In this document: in pieces, positions 5,972 to 14,982 of the stretch
Numbering within the stretch: the first letter of the stretch is position 1
How the letters are laid out: each line of letters begins with the position of its first letter
Assembly: GCA_023417635.1 (NCBI GenBank)
Contig: JAEZFF010000057.1
Location: forward strand, 1 to 14,982
DNA length: 14,982 bases
Direction of reading: 5' to 3'
From: Bacillota bacterium
GTDB lineage: Bacteria; Bacillota; Clostridia; Oscillospirales; Acutalibacteraceae
Notes under the pieces: model-generated
What the model was told of the DNA's origin: nothing
Seen by the model: only the letters and a program-made list of their open reading frames with translations
The model's database searches: none
Made by a program: the position numbers and the translations under genes

Positions 5972-6000
5972 ATATTACCATATCAGAATACCATATTCAA
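5972..6000 (-). promoter_or_regulatory. Promoter of the mini-paralog gene (-35 TTGAAT, 17-nt spacer, extended -10 TGGTAATAT; minus strand)
   Basis: rc of atattacca (5972-5980) = TGGTAATAT. rc of attcaa (5995-6000) = TTGAAT. Same architecture as the promoter at 5589-5618 (ATATGGTAA[A/T]AT), so the duplication includes the promoter. Confidence 0.45.
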
Positions 6001-6410
6001 CATTTTATGTGCTATTTAGCCCATATTTTCCCTAATTTGCTGAAGCAGATCAACAGATTTCAGAACCTCGGCTGTGCTGGGCTGATTTTTCGGCAAAATG
6101 CCGCGCATTTTCTTTCTGCTGGCCGTCGCCGCAGGTTACGGTATATATCTCCATTATTATGCGGAAACACAAAACAGCATGAAGGAAATACAACAGCTCT
6201 TGAACTTCACGGATACAAAATCAGTGCCTAAGCCACCTAAAAAACAGTAAAAAATTTAGAGGTACTGCTGCACAGCACAGCGCCTCCGATTCTTTATCCT
6301 ATACTGCCATTTCTGCGGTTCGCAGTCAAAAAACACGGTAATACGGTTTCCTTTCTTTAGGGTGTAGCCGTAATATCCCCCGCGCACTCCGCAATATGGC
6401 CTGAGAATTA

Positions 6411-6461
6411 CAGAAAAACAAAAGAAGCGGATGGAAAACTGCATTTCCTCCGCTTCTTTTG
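6411..6461. terminator. Bidirectional rho-independent terminator downstream of cellobiose phosphorylase
   Basis: Stem AAGAAGCGGA(t)GGAAA / TTTCC-TCCGCTTCTT (15 bp with one bulged t) and an actgca loop. On the minus strand it is followed by TCTTTTGTTTT (the plus-strand aaaacaaaaga at 6411-6421). TTTT also follows on the plus strand. Confidence 0.7.
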
Positions 6462-6464
6462 TAA

Positions 6465-8900
6465 TCAGCCCATAACAGCTTTTACAAGATGCTGCTTCCC
6501 ATCGGAACAAACAGGCAGAATGTTTCCTTGAACTGCCTCTCCATCAAGCGTCATAGACTTAATCCCCTTTTGCACCCCGGCGCTGTTGTCAACTTCGATT
6601 TGATAATCGGCACCGCGGAATCTGCGCTTCACGGAGAAGCACTTCATAGCCGACGGAATGCACGGGTCAATCTGCAGGCCGTCAAACTGCGGGCGAATGC
6701 CAAGGATGTACTGCGAAACATCATAAAAAGTCCAGGCAGCTGTACCGGTCAGCCAAGAGTTTTTTGCTTCGCCGAAATGCACGGCATCGCGGCCCGCAAT
6801 CATCTGTGAATAGACATAAGGTTCTGTGCGGTGAATCTCGCTGATTTCTTCCAGGTAGGCCGGGCAGGTCTTACGGTAAACCTCAAACGCACGGTCACCG
6901 TGGCCGAGAACCGTTTCCGCAATGGAAATCCAAGGGTTGTTGTGGCAGAAAATTCCGCCGTTTTCCTTATACCCCGGCGGGTAAGAAGAAATTTCACCAA
7001 GGTTCAGGCGGTAAGTCGTGTAAGACGGCCAGTTTAAAACAATTCCGTACTTGGTGTCCATCAATTTATGGACGGAGTCAAGAGCCTTCGCGGCTTTGCC
7101 CTCTTTTACGCCGATACCAGCCATGACGCAGAAGCCCTGTGGTTCAATAAAGATTTTCCCCTCGTCGCACTCATTCGAACCGACTTTTTCGCCGTGTGCG
7201 TCATACGCACGCAGGAACCATTCGCCGTCCCAGCCGGATTTCAGCACAGCTTCCGTCATTTTCTTGGTTTCGGTGGCAGCGTGCTCAGCCTCTGCTGTGT
7301 CGCCCATCCTGCGGCAAATCTCCTCATAGGCGGGGCCGATGAAAACAAACATCCCTGCAATAAAGACAGACTCTGCAATACCGCTTTCAAAATTGGAACA
7401 GGTCTGGAAAGACTCGCCCGGCGTTTTGGAGTAGCAGTTCAGGTTTAAGCAGTCGTTCCAGTCGGCGCGGCCAATAAGCGGCAGCCCGTGCGGACCAAGA
7501 TGATTCACCACATGGCCGAATGAACGTTTCAGATGATCCAGAAGAGGCGCTGCGCTTCCTTCTTTATTATCGAACGGCACCTGTTCTTTCAGGATAGACC
7601 AGTCGCCGGTTTCCTTTAAATACGCATTCACGCCAAAAATCAACCAGAGCGGGTCGTCGTTGAATCCGCTTCCAACTTCAAGGTTCCCGCGCTTTGTTAA
7701 CGGCTGGTACTGATGGTAAGCGCTGCCGTCTTCCATCTGAGTGGACGCAATGTCAAGGATCCGTTCCCGCGCACGGGTAGGAATCAGGTGTACAAAGCCA
7801 AGCAGATCCTGCGTAGAATCGCGGAATCCCATGCCGCGGCCGATTCCGGACTCAAAGTAGGAAGCGGAACGCGACATATTAAATGTGACCATACACTGGT
7901 ACTGATTCCAAATGTTTACCATACGGTTCAGCCTGTCATCCCTGCAGGAAAGCTGGAAGGTGGAAAGCAGTTTTTCCCAGTGCTCCTTTAATTCTGCCAG
8001 CGCTGCATCTACCTGCTCGTCGGTCCGAAAACGTGCCAATAGTTTTTTAGCGGGCGCCTTGTTAATCACATCCGGGGCCTCCCACTTTTCGTCTTCCGGA
8101 TTTTCACAGTAGCCAAGCACAAAAATAAAGCTTTTTTCTTCGCCCGGCTGCAGCTCCGCTTCAATAAAGTGCGAACCAATAGGTGCCCAGCCGCTTGCAA
8201 CCGAGTTTCGCGCTTTTCCTTCAAACACGGCATCCGGGTGGTCAAACCCATTGTAGAGGCCAAGGAAGGATTCCCGGTCGGTATCAAATCCGCTGACCGG
8301 TACATTTACGCTGAAAACGGCATAATGGTTCCGGCGCTCGCGGTACTCTGTCTTATGATAAATCGTGCTGCCGCAGACTTCGACTTCCCCCGTACTGTAG
8401 TTACGCTGAAAATTGGTCATGTCATCGTAAGCGTTCCAGAGGCAGAACTCTACAAATGAGAACAGCTTAATTTTCTTCGCATTATCTGTATTGTTTTTCA
8501 GCACCAGACGATGGACTTCACAGTTCGCACCGATTGGCACAAAAGAAGTCTGCTGTGCGGAAAGGCCATTCTTTTCAGATTCCAATACTGTGTAGCCAAG
8601 GCCATGGCGGCAGCGGTATGAATCCAGAGCAGTTTTCGTCGGTGCCCAACCCGGGTTCCAAACTGTTTCACCGTCTGAAAGGTAAAAATAACGCCCACCG
8701 GCATCCGTTGGTACATTATTATAGCGGTAGCGCGTCAGGCGCAGCAGGCGCGCGTCGCGGTAAAAGCAGTAACCACCGGAAGTATTCGAAATCAGCCCAA
8801 AGAAGTTTTCACAGCCAAGGTAATTAATCCAGGGATAAGGTGTGTCCGGCCGCTCAATAACATACTCTTTCCGTTTATCGTCGAAATGCCCGAATTTCAT
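6465..8900 (-). CDS. cbp: Cellobiose (cellodextrin) phosphorylase, glycoside hydrolase family 94
   Basis: 811 aa. [64 protein letters not shown]... is collinear over the full length with characterised clostridial cellobiose phosphorylases. Examples: [79 protein letters not shown]. Confidence 0.9.
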   Translation of the reverse strand: MKFGHFDDKRKEYVIERPDTPYPWINYLGCENFFGLISNTSGGYCFYRDARLLRLTRYRYNNVPTDAGGRYFYLSDGETVWNPGWAPTKTALDSYRCRHGLGYTVLESEKNGLSAQQTSFVPIGANCEVHRLVLKNNTDNAKKIKLFSFVEFCLWNAYDDMTNFQRNYSTGEVEVCGSTIYHKTEYRERRNHYAVFSVNVPVSGFDTDRESFLGLYNGFDHPDAVFEGKARNSVASGWAPIGSHFIEAELQPGEEKSFIFVLGYCENPEDEKWEAPDVINKAPAKKLLARFRTDEQVDAALAELKEHWEKLLSTFQLSCRDDRLNRMVNIWNQYQCMVTFNMSRSASYFESGIGRGMGFRDSTQDLLGFVHLIPTRARERILDIASTQMEDGSAYHQYQPLTKRGNLEVGSGFNDDPLWLIFGVNAYLKETGDWSILKEQVPFDNKEGSAAPLLDHLKRSFGHVVNHLGPHGLPLIGRADWNDCLNLNCYSKTPGESFQTCSNFESGIAESVFIAGMFVFIGPAYEEICRRMGDTAEAEHAATETKKMTEAVLKSGWDGEWFLRAYDAHGEKVGSNECDEGKIFIEPQGFCVMAGIGVKEGKAAKALDSVHKLMDTKYGIVLNWPSYTTYRLNLGEISSYPPGYKENGGIFCHNNPWISIAETVLGHGDRAFEVYRKTCPAYLEEISEIHRTEPYVYSQMIAGRDAVHFGEAKNSWLTGTAAWTFYDVSQYILGIRPQFDGLQIDPCIPSAMKCFSVKRRFRGADYQIEVDNSAGVQKGIKSMTLDGEAVQGNILPVCSDGKQHLVKAVMG

Positions 8901-8935
8901 ACAATTCCCTCCGTTGGCATATTTTTAGTGCTTTA

Positions 8936-8949
8936 CGAAATCGTTTTCA
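8936..8949. promoter_or_regulatory. Operator-like palindrome cGAAAtcgTTTTCa (LacI-family/cre-like) in the cbp leader
   Basis: 13/14 match to cre TGWAANCGNTNWCA. It lies between the inferred cbp -10 (about 8962-8967, minus strand) and the RBS, which is a roadblock position. Confidence 0.35.
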
Positions 8950-9168
8950 CCTTCTTTTCAGTGTAAAATGATTTTCCATTAAAATCAAGTCTATTTTTAA
9001 GGTTTGTTACTTTTCACAGCTTATAGTGGCAATATTTATTTATTAATTATATATTATTAAACAAATTATTCCAATTACATTTTGCTGTATCCCTATTTCC
9101 TTATTATGCAATCTATTTCCACAAATTTTATGGGCTTTTCTTCTATGGAAGGGCCGATAAAAATTTTA

Positions 9169-9182
9169 CGAAACTGTTTTCG
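9169..9182. promoter_or_regulatory. Second copy of the GAAAnnnTTTTC palindrome (cGAAActgTTTTCg) in the middle of the divergent intergenic region
   Basis: Same half-sites as 8936-8949. Possible auxiliary operator. Confidence 0.25.
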
Positions 9183-9304
9183 CTATATTTTTTTATAAGA
9201 CTATTATTGCTGGCATTTCGCGCTGCTTCCCGCTTTTCCAGAAATTTTATTTGGCTAAACGCATCGTTTTGTGAAATTGGTCATAATAATATTTGAATTA
9301 TCTC

Positions 9305-9333
9305 TTGCATTTCTGTGAATAACGTATTATAAT
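9305..9333 (+). promoter_or_regulatory. Sigma-A promoter of the LacI-family regulator gene (-35 TTGCAT, 17-nt spacer, -10 TATAAT)
   Basis: TTGCAT at 9305-9310 and TATAAT at 9328-9333, about 55 nt upstream of the GTG start. Confidence 0.5.
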
Positions 9334-9340
9334 GAGGTTG

Positions 9341-9354
9341 CGAAAACGATTTAG
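9341..9354. promoter_or_regulatory. Third copy of the operator-like motif (rc = cTAAAtcgTTTTCg), immediately downstream of the lacI-type promoter -10
   Basis: It shares the 11-mer AAATCGTTTTC with the site at 8936-8949, in opposite orientation. The position fits autoregulation. Confidence 0.35.
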
Positions 9355-9387
9355 GATATTTCGCAAAGATGTTTGGAGGAGCTTAAC

Positions 9388-10404
9388 GTGGCAAATATAA
9401 AAGACATAGCGGCGATGTGTGGGTTTTCTGTTTCTACAGTAAGCAAAGCACTGAACGGCTACACTGATGTCAGCCATGAAACCAAGAAAAAAGTGATGAA
9501 GGCCGCCGAAGAATGCGGCTATCTGCCGAATTCAATGGCACGGGCGCTGAAAACAAACCGCACGCACAACCTAGGCGTTTTGTTTACCGACGAAGCTCAA
9601 AGCGGGCTGAAGCAAGAGTATTTCGCGTCGGTGCTTGATGCGTTCAAAGTGGAAGCGGAGCTTCATTCGTATGACATTACATTTATTAGCCATAACCTAA
9701 ACATAAATGGGCGGCAGATGTCTTATCTGGAGCATTGCAAGTACCGGAACTTTGACGGTGTCTGCATTGCCTGTGTTGATTTTCAGCAGCAGGAAGTTTT
9801 AGATCTTATTAACAGCGGTCTTCCCGTTGTCACAATCGACCATGTGTTTGACAACCACATCAGTATTAATTCCGCTAACGTAGAAGGTATGGGCGACCTT
9901 GTAAAATACATATACGGAATGGGCCACCGGAAAATTGCTTATGTACATGGAAAAAAATCAGCTGTAACGGAACAGCGTGTTACAAGTTTCTGCCGTGAAA
10001 TGCGCGATGTGGGTCTGCAAGTTCCGCCGGAATACCTGGTGCTTTCTGCCTACCACGACATTGAAGCCACTAAAAAAAGTGTGCAGCAGCTAATAAATCT
10101 TCCCAACCGGCCAACCTGCATTATTATGCCCGACGATTATGCCGCACTCGGCGGTATTGAGGCTATTGAATCTGCGGGCCTTCGCATTCCAGAAGACATT
10201 TCAATTGCTGGGTACGACGGTATTTCTCTTTCCCAAATGCTTCGGCCGCGCCTGACAACCTTGAAACAGGACACCGACCGCATGGGGCATGAAGCCGCAC
10301 GCCGCCTGATTGAGCAGATTGAAAGCCCAATGACGACTCTGGTGCAGAACCTCACAATAAAAGGTTCCTTGATACCGGGCAATTCTGTAGCGCAGATAAA
10401 ATGA
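9388..10404 (+). CDS. LacI-family transcriptional regulator (probable cellobiose/cellodextrin locus repressor)
   Basis: GTG start at 9388 with RBS GGAGGAG and a 6-nt spacer. The track ORF starts at the in-frame TTG 9373. N-terminal HTH ANIKDIAAMCGFSVSTVSKALNG. Periplasmic-binding-protein-like sugar-binding core. 338 aa. Confidence 0.85.
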   Translation: MANIKDIAAMCGFSVSTVSKALNGYTDVSHETKKKVMKAAEECGYLPNSMARALKTNRTHNLGVLFTDEAQSGLKQEYFASVLDAFKVEAELHSYDITFISHNLNINGRQMSYLEHCKYRNFDGVCIACVDFQQQEVLDLINSGLPVVTIDHVFDNHISINSANVEGMGDLVKYIYGMGHRKIAYVHGKKSAVTEQRVTSFCREMRDVGLQVPPEYLVLSAYHDIEATKKSVQQLINLPNRPTCIIMPDDYAALGGIEAIESAGLRIPEDISIAGYDGISLSQMLRPRLTTLKQDTDRMGHEAARRLIEQIESPMTTLVQNLTIKGSLIPGNSVAQIK

Positions 10405-10441
10405 AGCGCTGCCGCCTGAATCCTTTTCCATTGCGTACCGA

Positions 10442-10463
10442 CGAATGGGATTCCGCCCATTCG
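10442..10463 (+). other. Stem-loop CGAATGGG-attccg-CCCATTCG between the regulator and transporter genes (no T-tract)
   Basis: Perfect 8-bp stem and 6-nt loop, followed by gtaaaat, so it is not a canonical intrinsic terminator. It could be an RNA processing or stability element, or a partial terminator. Confidence 0.3.
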
Positions 10464-10501
10464 GTAAAATAAATATCAATATCAATAAGGAGGATTTTTG
10501 T

Positions 10502-11929
10502 ATGAAAAAAAGTAAGTCCGTAGTGGCTCTGCTAGCTACTGCAGCAATTCTGGCGTCTTCCATGGTCGGCTGCAATAACGGCACAACCGCTTCAAGCAAA
10601 GCGAACAGCACAGCTTCACAGACTGCTTCTTCCGCCGCACCGGAAGGCAAAGTATTGAACATCTGGTGCTGGAATGATGAGTTCCAATCCCGCTTCAATG
10701 CGTATTACCCGGATGTTAAGACAGTCGCAAAAGACAAATCCACTACGACCCTGAAAGACGGGACCCTCGTAAAGTGGACGATTAACCCGAACCAGAATAA
10801 CAACTACCAGAACAAGTTGGATGCTGCTCTGGAAAAACAGAGTTCAGCTGCAGCCGATGATAAGATCGACATTTTCCTTATAGAAGCTGACTACGCTCTG
10901 AAGTATGTAAACAGCGACTATACTTTGGATGTTAAAAAAGACCTTGGTCTTACAGACAATGATCTTGCCAACCAGTACAAATATACCCAGGATATTGTAA
11001 CCAGCAGCAAAGACAAAACCCTGAAAGGTGTAACATGGCAGGCAACCCCAGGCCTTTATGTTTACCGCCGTTCCTTTGCTAAGTCCGTTCTTGGAACTGA
11101 TGATCCGGCTAAAATTCAGGATGCGATGTCCAACTGGGATAAGTTTAATGATCTTGCTCAGAAAGTAAATGCAAAAGGCTACAAGATGCTTTCTGGCTAT
11201 GATGACAGCTACCGTGTATTCTCGAACAACGTAGCTGCTCCATGGGTAACTGATACAACTGTTACCGTTGATCCAAGCATTATGAAGTGGGTAAAGCAGA
11301 CCAAAGACTACACAGATAAAGGCTATAACAACAAGACCATCCTTTGGGACGACAAGTGGACTGCCGACCAAGGCCCGACAAGTAAGGTCTTCGGTTTCTT
11401 CTACTCCCCATGGGGTATTAACTTCACTCTGATGAAAAACTCCCTTAAAGATCCTAAGGGCAAAGCAGAAGTCGGCAACGGCATCTACGGCGACTGGGCA
11501 GTATGCCAGGGCCCGCAGAGCTACTTCTGGGGCGGCACATGGATTTGCGGCTGCAAAGGCACCGACAATCCTGGCACAGTTGGTAAAGTTATGAAAGCCC
11601 TTACCTGCAACCCGACTATTATGAAGAAGATTACCACAGTCGAACAGGATTATACCAACAATAAGGCTGCAATGGATGAAATTGCAAACAGTGACTTTAA
11701 GTCCACCTTCCTCGGCGGTCAGAACCACATTAAGCTTTTTGCAGAAGTTGCACCGAAAATTGATATGAGCAAAGCAGGCCCTTACGATCAGGGCTGCAAC
11801 GAAGCGATTCAGAATGCGTTCCACGACTATTTCAATGGAACCGTTACATTTGACAAAGCAAAAGAAAACTTCACAAAAGCTATTAAGACAAAATATCCGG
11901 AACTGACCGATGTTAAGTGGCCTTCTTAA
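10502..11929 (+). CDS. ABC transporter extracellular solute-binding lipoprotein (carbohydrate family)
   Basis: ATG at 10502 with RBS AAGGAGG and an 8-nt spacer. Lipoprotein signal MKKSKSVVALLATAAILASSMVGC (lipobox VGC). Ser/Thr-rich linker. About 475 aa. It sits in an operon with two sugar-type permeases. Confidence 0.85.
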   Translation: MKKSKSVVALLATAAILASSMVGCNNGTTASSKANSTASQTASSAAPEGKVLNIWCWNDEFQSRFNAYYPDVKTVAKDKSTTTLKDGTLVKWTINPNQNNNYQNKLDAALEKQSSAAADDKIDIFLIEADYALKYVNSDYTLDVKKDLGLTDNDLANQYKYTQDIVTSSKDKTLKGVTWQATPGLYVYRRSFAKSVLGTDDPAKIQDAMSNWDKFNDLAQKVNAKGYKMLSGYDDSYRVFSNNVAAPWVTDTTVTVDPSIMKWVKQTKDYTDKGYNNKTILWDDKWTADQGPTSKVFGFFYSPWGINFTLMKNSLKDPKGKAEVGNGIYGDWAVCQGPQSYFWGGTWICGCKGTDNPGTVGKVMKALTCNPTIMKKITTVEQDYTNNKAAMDEIANSDFKSTFLGGQNHIKLFAEVAPKIDMSKAGPYDQGCNEAIQNAFHDYFNGTVTFDKAKENFTKAIKTKYPELTDVKWPS

Positions 11930-12019
11930 CACGGTTTTAGCATAACCGCACGGCCGCGGGTCGGGAAACCTTCCCGTACCGTGGCCGTGCGATTCTTTTT
12001 TTGAAGAGAGGGGCTTAAT

Positions 12020-12979
12020 TTGAAAAATCAAACCGAAGTGACACGCAAAGTTAAGAAAGGCGTCGACTACTCCAAATGGGGTTACCTTTTCATCCTGCCT
12101 TTCTTCATCATTTTTTTTATCTTTCAGTTTCTGCCATTGATTTCAACAATTTATTACAGCTTTTTTAAGTATTTCCGTTCCGGGCTGACAATTATCGGGC
12201 CAGTTTTTACCGGCTTTACTAACTATACTGCACTGCTCACGAAACCTGATCTTTTCAATTACATGGGCAACACCCTGCTGCTTTGGGTGGTAGGTTTTAT
12301 ACCGCAGATTGTTGTTTCTTTGCTTTTAGCAGCCTGGTTTACGAATATGCGCCTTCATCTGCATGGGCTTCGGTTTTTTAAAACCGTCATTTATATGCCA
12401 AATCTGATTATGGCCTCCGCATTTGCCATGCTGTTTTTTGCACTGTTTTCAGACAGTGGCCCTGTAAACGCAACTTTGCTTTCCATGGGTGCCATTCATC
12501 AGCCAATCCGTTTCCTGGCCATGGTTTCCGGAACACGGGGACTCGTGGCTTTCATGAACTTCCTGATGTGGTTTGGCAATACCACTATCCTTCTTATGGC
12601 GGCTATTATGGGAATTGATCCGTGCCTGTATGAAGCTGCTGAAATCGACGGCGCTTCTTCAAACCAGATGTTTTGGAAAATTACCATTCCGCTTATCAAG
12701 CCTCTTATGGCTTATGTAATTATTACTTCGCTGATTGGCGGTTTACAGATGTTCGATGTTCCGCAGGTCCTTACTAATGGCCAAGGTGCACCAGACAACA
12801 GTACTACCACAATGATTATGTTCCTGAACAACCATATGTACAGTAAGAACTACGGTATGGCTGGTGCTATCTCAACGCTTCTGTTTATCCTTTGCGCTAT
12901 TCTGTGCCTACTTGTTTACCGTACTATGACCAATAACGATAATACGAAAGAAAAATCCAGGAAAAGGAGGCGCGCTTAA
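12020..12979 (+). CDS. Carbohydrate ABC transporter permease (MalF/UgpA-like)
   Basis: TTG start with RBS AGAGAGGGG. Six predicted TM segments. Contains the EAA-loop region (EAAEIDGASSNQMFWKITIPL). Confidence 0.85.
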   Translation: MKNQTEVTRKVKKGVDYSKWGYLFILPFFIIFFIFQFLPLISTIYYSFFKYFRSGLTIIGPVFTGFTNYTALLTKPDLFNYMGNTLLLWVVGFIPQIVVSLLLAAWFTNMRLHLHGLRFFKTVIYMPNLIMASAFAMLFFALFSDSGPVNATLLSMGAIHQPIRFLAMVSGTRGLVAFMNFLMWFGNTTILLMAAIMGIDPCLYEAAEIDGASSNQMFWKITIPLIKPLMAYVIITSLIGGLQMFDVPQVLTNGQGAPDNSTTTMIMFLNNHMYSKNYGMAGAISTLLFILCAILCLLVYRTMTNNDNTKEKSRKRRRA

Positions 12980-13870
12980 ATGACAAAATCACCTTCCGTC
13001 GCCGCAAGCCATGCAAAAATTGACAAGAATTATATGCGAAAGTTGAATCTTGCAAGAACAGGCTGCTACATATTTCTTGTAATTCTGTGCTTCCTGTGCC
13101 TCTTTTTCTTTTATATGTTGATTGTCAACTCCTCGCGCAACAACTTTCAAATCCAGCAGGGTTTCTCAGCCTTGCCCGGCACCTTTTTTGGTGACAACTG
13201 GACCAACCTGATGAACGACGCAAACATCCCTGTTGTGAGCGGCACAATCAACAGTTTGATTGTTTCCGCCTTGACGGCACTGCTTGCGGTTTACTTCTCA
13301 ACGCTTACCGCTTATGGTATTTTTGCCTACAACTTTAAGCTTCGCAACGTTGCCTTCACTTTGATTCTGCTGATTATGACAATGCCGACTCAGATTTCAG
13401 CCGTCGGTTTTGTAAACCAAATGAGCGACATGCACCTGATGGATTCTCTGATTCCGCTGTTTCTGCCCGCTGTTGCTTCCCCAGTCGTTGTTTTCTTCAT
13501 GAAGCAGTATATGGACAGTAACCTTCCGCTTGAAATTGTGGAAGCAGCCCGGATCGACGGCTGCAGCGAATTCCGTACTTTTAACTCAATCATTCTTCCG
13601 ATTATGAAACCAGCGCTGGCCGTACAGGCAATCTTCACATTTGTTGGCGCTTGGAACAACTTCTTCGTTCCTGCTTTGCTGCTGAATTCGGCAAACAAAA
13701 AGACTCTTCCAATCCTGATTATGCAGTTGCGCAGTGCCGACTTTCTGAAGTTTGACATGGGCAAAGTTTATATGATGATTCTTGTCGCAATTCTTCCGGT
13801 TGTAATTATCTATTTCTGCCTTTCAAAATACATTGTTGGCGGCGTTACCGTCGGCAGTGTAAAGGGCTAA
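12980..13870 (+). CDS. Carbohydrate ABC transporter permease (MalG/UgpE-like)
   Basis: The ATG overlaps the upstream stop (TAAATG). RBS AAAAGGAGG. EAA loop EAARIDGCSEFRTFNSIILPIMKP. Confidence 0.85.
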   Translation: MTKSPSVAASHAKIDKNYMRKLNLARTGCYIFLVILCFLCLFFFYMLIVNSSRNNFQIQQGFSALPGTFFGDNWTNLMNDANIPVVSGTINSLIVSALTALLAVYFSTLTAYGIFAYNFKLRNVAFTLILLIMTMPTQISAVGFVNQMSDMHLMDSLIPLFLPAVASPVVVFFMKQYMDSNLPLEIVEAARIDGCSEFRTFNSIILPIMKPALAVQAIFTFVGAWNNFFVPALLLNSANKKTLPILIMQLRSADFLKFDMGKVYMMILVAILPVVIIYFCLSKYIVGGVTVGSVKG

Positions 13871-13930
13871 CAAAAGTTTGCCTTCCTAAATGCATTAACA
13901 TAAAAGGACTGTTGCAAAATAGCCCGAAAA

Positions 13931-13980
13931 AAGACGGAACGACCATACCGAAAGGTATTAGTACTCCGTCTTTTTGTTTT
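13931..13980 (+). terminator. Rho-independent terminator of the ABC transporter operon
   Basis: Stem AAGACGGA / TCCGTCTT enclosing an inner ATACC-GAAA-GGTAT hairpin, followed by TTTTTGTTTT. Confidence 0.6.
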
Positions 13981-14637
13981 AAAATTTAGTTGTGAACAGC
14001 AAATAGTTTTTGGAATATAGCAGATTTAAACGAAAATTTCAACAGTTAACGTTTTCAATGGATATTAAAATTGCAATATCGTAGGATGATTCGGTACGGC
14101 TAGCGAAGGAACTGGATTACAGTATCTTTGCCAAGTTCCGCACTGGGCGCACCAGATAAACAGTGGAAGACCTGTTCTACTAGTTTACACGGTGTTTGGA
14201 GAAAATAGATGGAGCAGAGCACAACGAAGTCTTCATCGATGGTACCAACTTGCAAAGCCGTGCAAACAACTACACAATAACTGTCGCTTGTTACAAGTTT
14301 CATATTGGCTTGAATGACATCCCCGAGGCGCAGCAGCATATCCGAATAGTGCCCCCCGTAAGATCGGACATTAGGAATGGTCGCTGTAATACAGGTTTAC
14401 ATCCTTTGGGTCATCGTCTGACGGCTCATTTCATCACAAATTGCAATCGTTAGCATCCTCATAGCCAGCTTTCAATCTTCTATATTTTGGATTTATGCTT
14501 TAAGTATTCCTTTCTTGCTATAATCTATCATTAATGGGATTATATCATATTTTCAATAATTTGTCACATAAACATATATTTTCCGGATTAAAAACTGTTT
14601 TATTTTACCTCACGCGGTGGTGTTTGAAAAGAACTTT

Positions 14638-14688
14638 AAAAAAACAGCATCCTGCCAGTCTATTAGATGGCAGGATGCTGCTTTTCTT
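14638..14688. terminator. Bidirectional rho-independent terminator (perfect 13-bp stem) downstream of the aminopeptidase gene
   Basis: CAGCATCCTGCCA-gtctattaga-TGGCAGGATGCTG, with AAAAAA upstream (a T-run for the minus strand) and CTTTTCTT downstream. Confidence 0.75.
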
Positions 14689-14727
14689 AAATAAAATTTG
14701 ATTTACCGAGTGCTTAGAGGGATTTCG

Positions 14728-14982
14728 TCAGCAAAATGTATAAGAACCGCGGCCTTCATCTTTTAGCGCCATAGAAAAGAATACCCGCATGGCATTTGCC
14801 AGGTACGCGGGGTCTTTTCCGCCAGCCGTTTCATAGGGCGAGTGCATCGCCAGCTGTGCAAGGCCAATATCCACTGTATTCAGGGAAACATGTGCATTAG
14901 AGATGTTGCCCAGTGTAGAGCCGCCAGGCATATCGGAACGGTTTAAGAACTCCTGCCAAGGCACATTGGCTTTTGCGCAGAC
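14728..14982 (-). CDS. M18-family (aspartyl/ApeA-like) aminopeptidase, C-terminal 85 aa. The 5' part lies beyond the window end.
   Basis: ...FLNRSDMPGGSTLGNISNAHVSLNTVDIGLAQLAMHSPYETAGGKDPAYLANAMRVFF matches the conserved M18 C-terminus (GGSTIG..., VDVG.P.LSMHS.RE..G.KD). The reading frame is open to the window edge. Confidence 0.55.
   Translation of the reverse strand, partial: VCAKANVPWQEFLNRSDMPGGSTLGNISNAHVSLNTVDIGLAQLAMHSPYETAGGKDPAYLANAMRVFFSMALKDEGRGSYTFC

Noticed and set aside
6256-6510. 84-aa minus-strand ORF
   Set aside because: It overlaps the cbp 3' end and the terminator hairpin, with no RBS.
9000-9300. AT-rich stretch, considered as a possible mobile-element end or a small gene
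   Set aside because: It has no ORFs and no terminal inverted repeats. It is best explained as the divergent promoter/operator region of cbp and the LacI-family gene.
10844-12031. 395-aa minus-strand ORF
   Set aside because: It is antisense to the solute-binding lipoprotein gene. Cys/Phe-rich junk translation.
14067-14446. 10-nt direct repeat AAATTGCAAT, about 370 bp apart, considered as att/TSD-like repeats flanking an inserted element
   Set aside because: A 10-mer repeat in a 640-bp AT-rich spacer is expected by chance at appreciable frequency. There are no inverted repeats and no mobile-element coding capacity between the copies.
14100-14453. Overlapping 79-aa (minus) and 85-aa (plus) ORFs in the intergenic island
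   Set aside because: They overlap each other on opposite strands, have no domain similarity, and have poor or absent RBS. The region is treated as non-coding, with a possible sRNA (see the finding at 13990-14637).

Overview
The window looks like a chromosomal segment of a low-GC Gram-positive anaerobe (Clostridia-type RBS and promoters, about 50% GC, cellulolytic gene content); the organism assignment is an inference, not a search result. Reading left to right:
(a) 3'-truncated gene for an iron-sulfur flavoprotein of the NADPH-dependent FMN reductase family (minus strand, runs off the window start).
(b) AI-2E/PerM-family transporter.
(c) A stand-alone N-terminal fragment of PTS Enzyme I: HPr-binding domain plus phospho-His domain, no PEP-binding domain, closed by a clean bidirectional terminator.
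(d) A minus-strand block of four genes: a YdbC/PC4-like ssDNA-binding protein; a YdjI-like SPFH/Band-7 protein with a Met/Gly-rich and Gln/Pro-rich linker and three C-terminal zinc ribbons; a signal-peptide/TM-anchored Tim44-like-domain protein with a C-terminal zinc ribbon; and a 78-aa signal-peptide+TM mini-paralog of that protein's N-terminus, produced by a tandem partial duplication that also copies promoter and RBS.
(e) A cellobiose/cellodextrin utilisation locus: GH94 cellobiose phosphorylase (minus) divergent from a LacI-family regulator, followed by an ABC sugar-binding lipoprotein and two permeases with no ATPase gene. Three copies of a GAAAnnnTTTTC operator-like palindrome sit in the divergent promoter region.
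(f) A 640-bp non-coding island between two strong terminators.
(g) The C-terminal end of an M18 aminopeptidase gene entering from the right edge.
No rRNA, tRNA, CRISPR array or transposase was found. The most unusual content is the PspA-less SPFH / Tim44-like / zinc-ribbon membrane module with its duplicated decoy-like paralog, and the terminator-delimited Enzyme I fragment.
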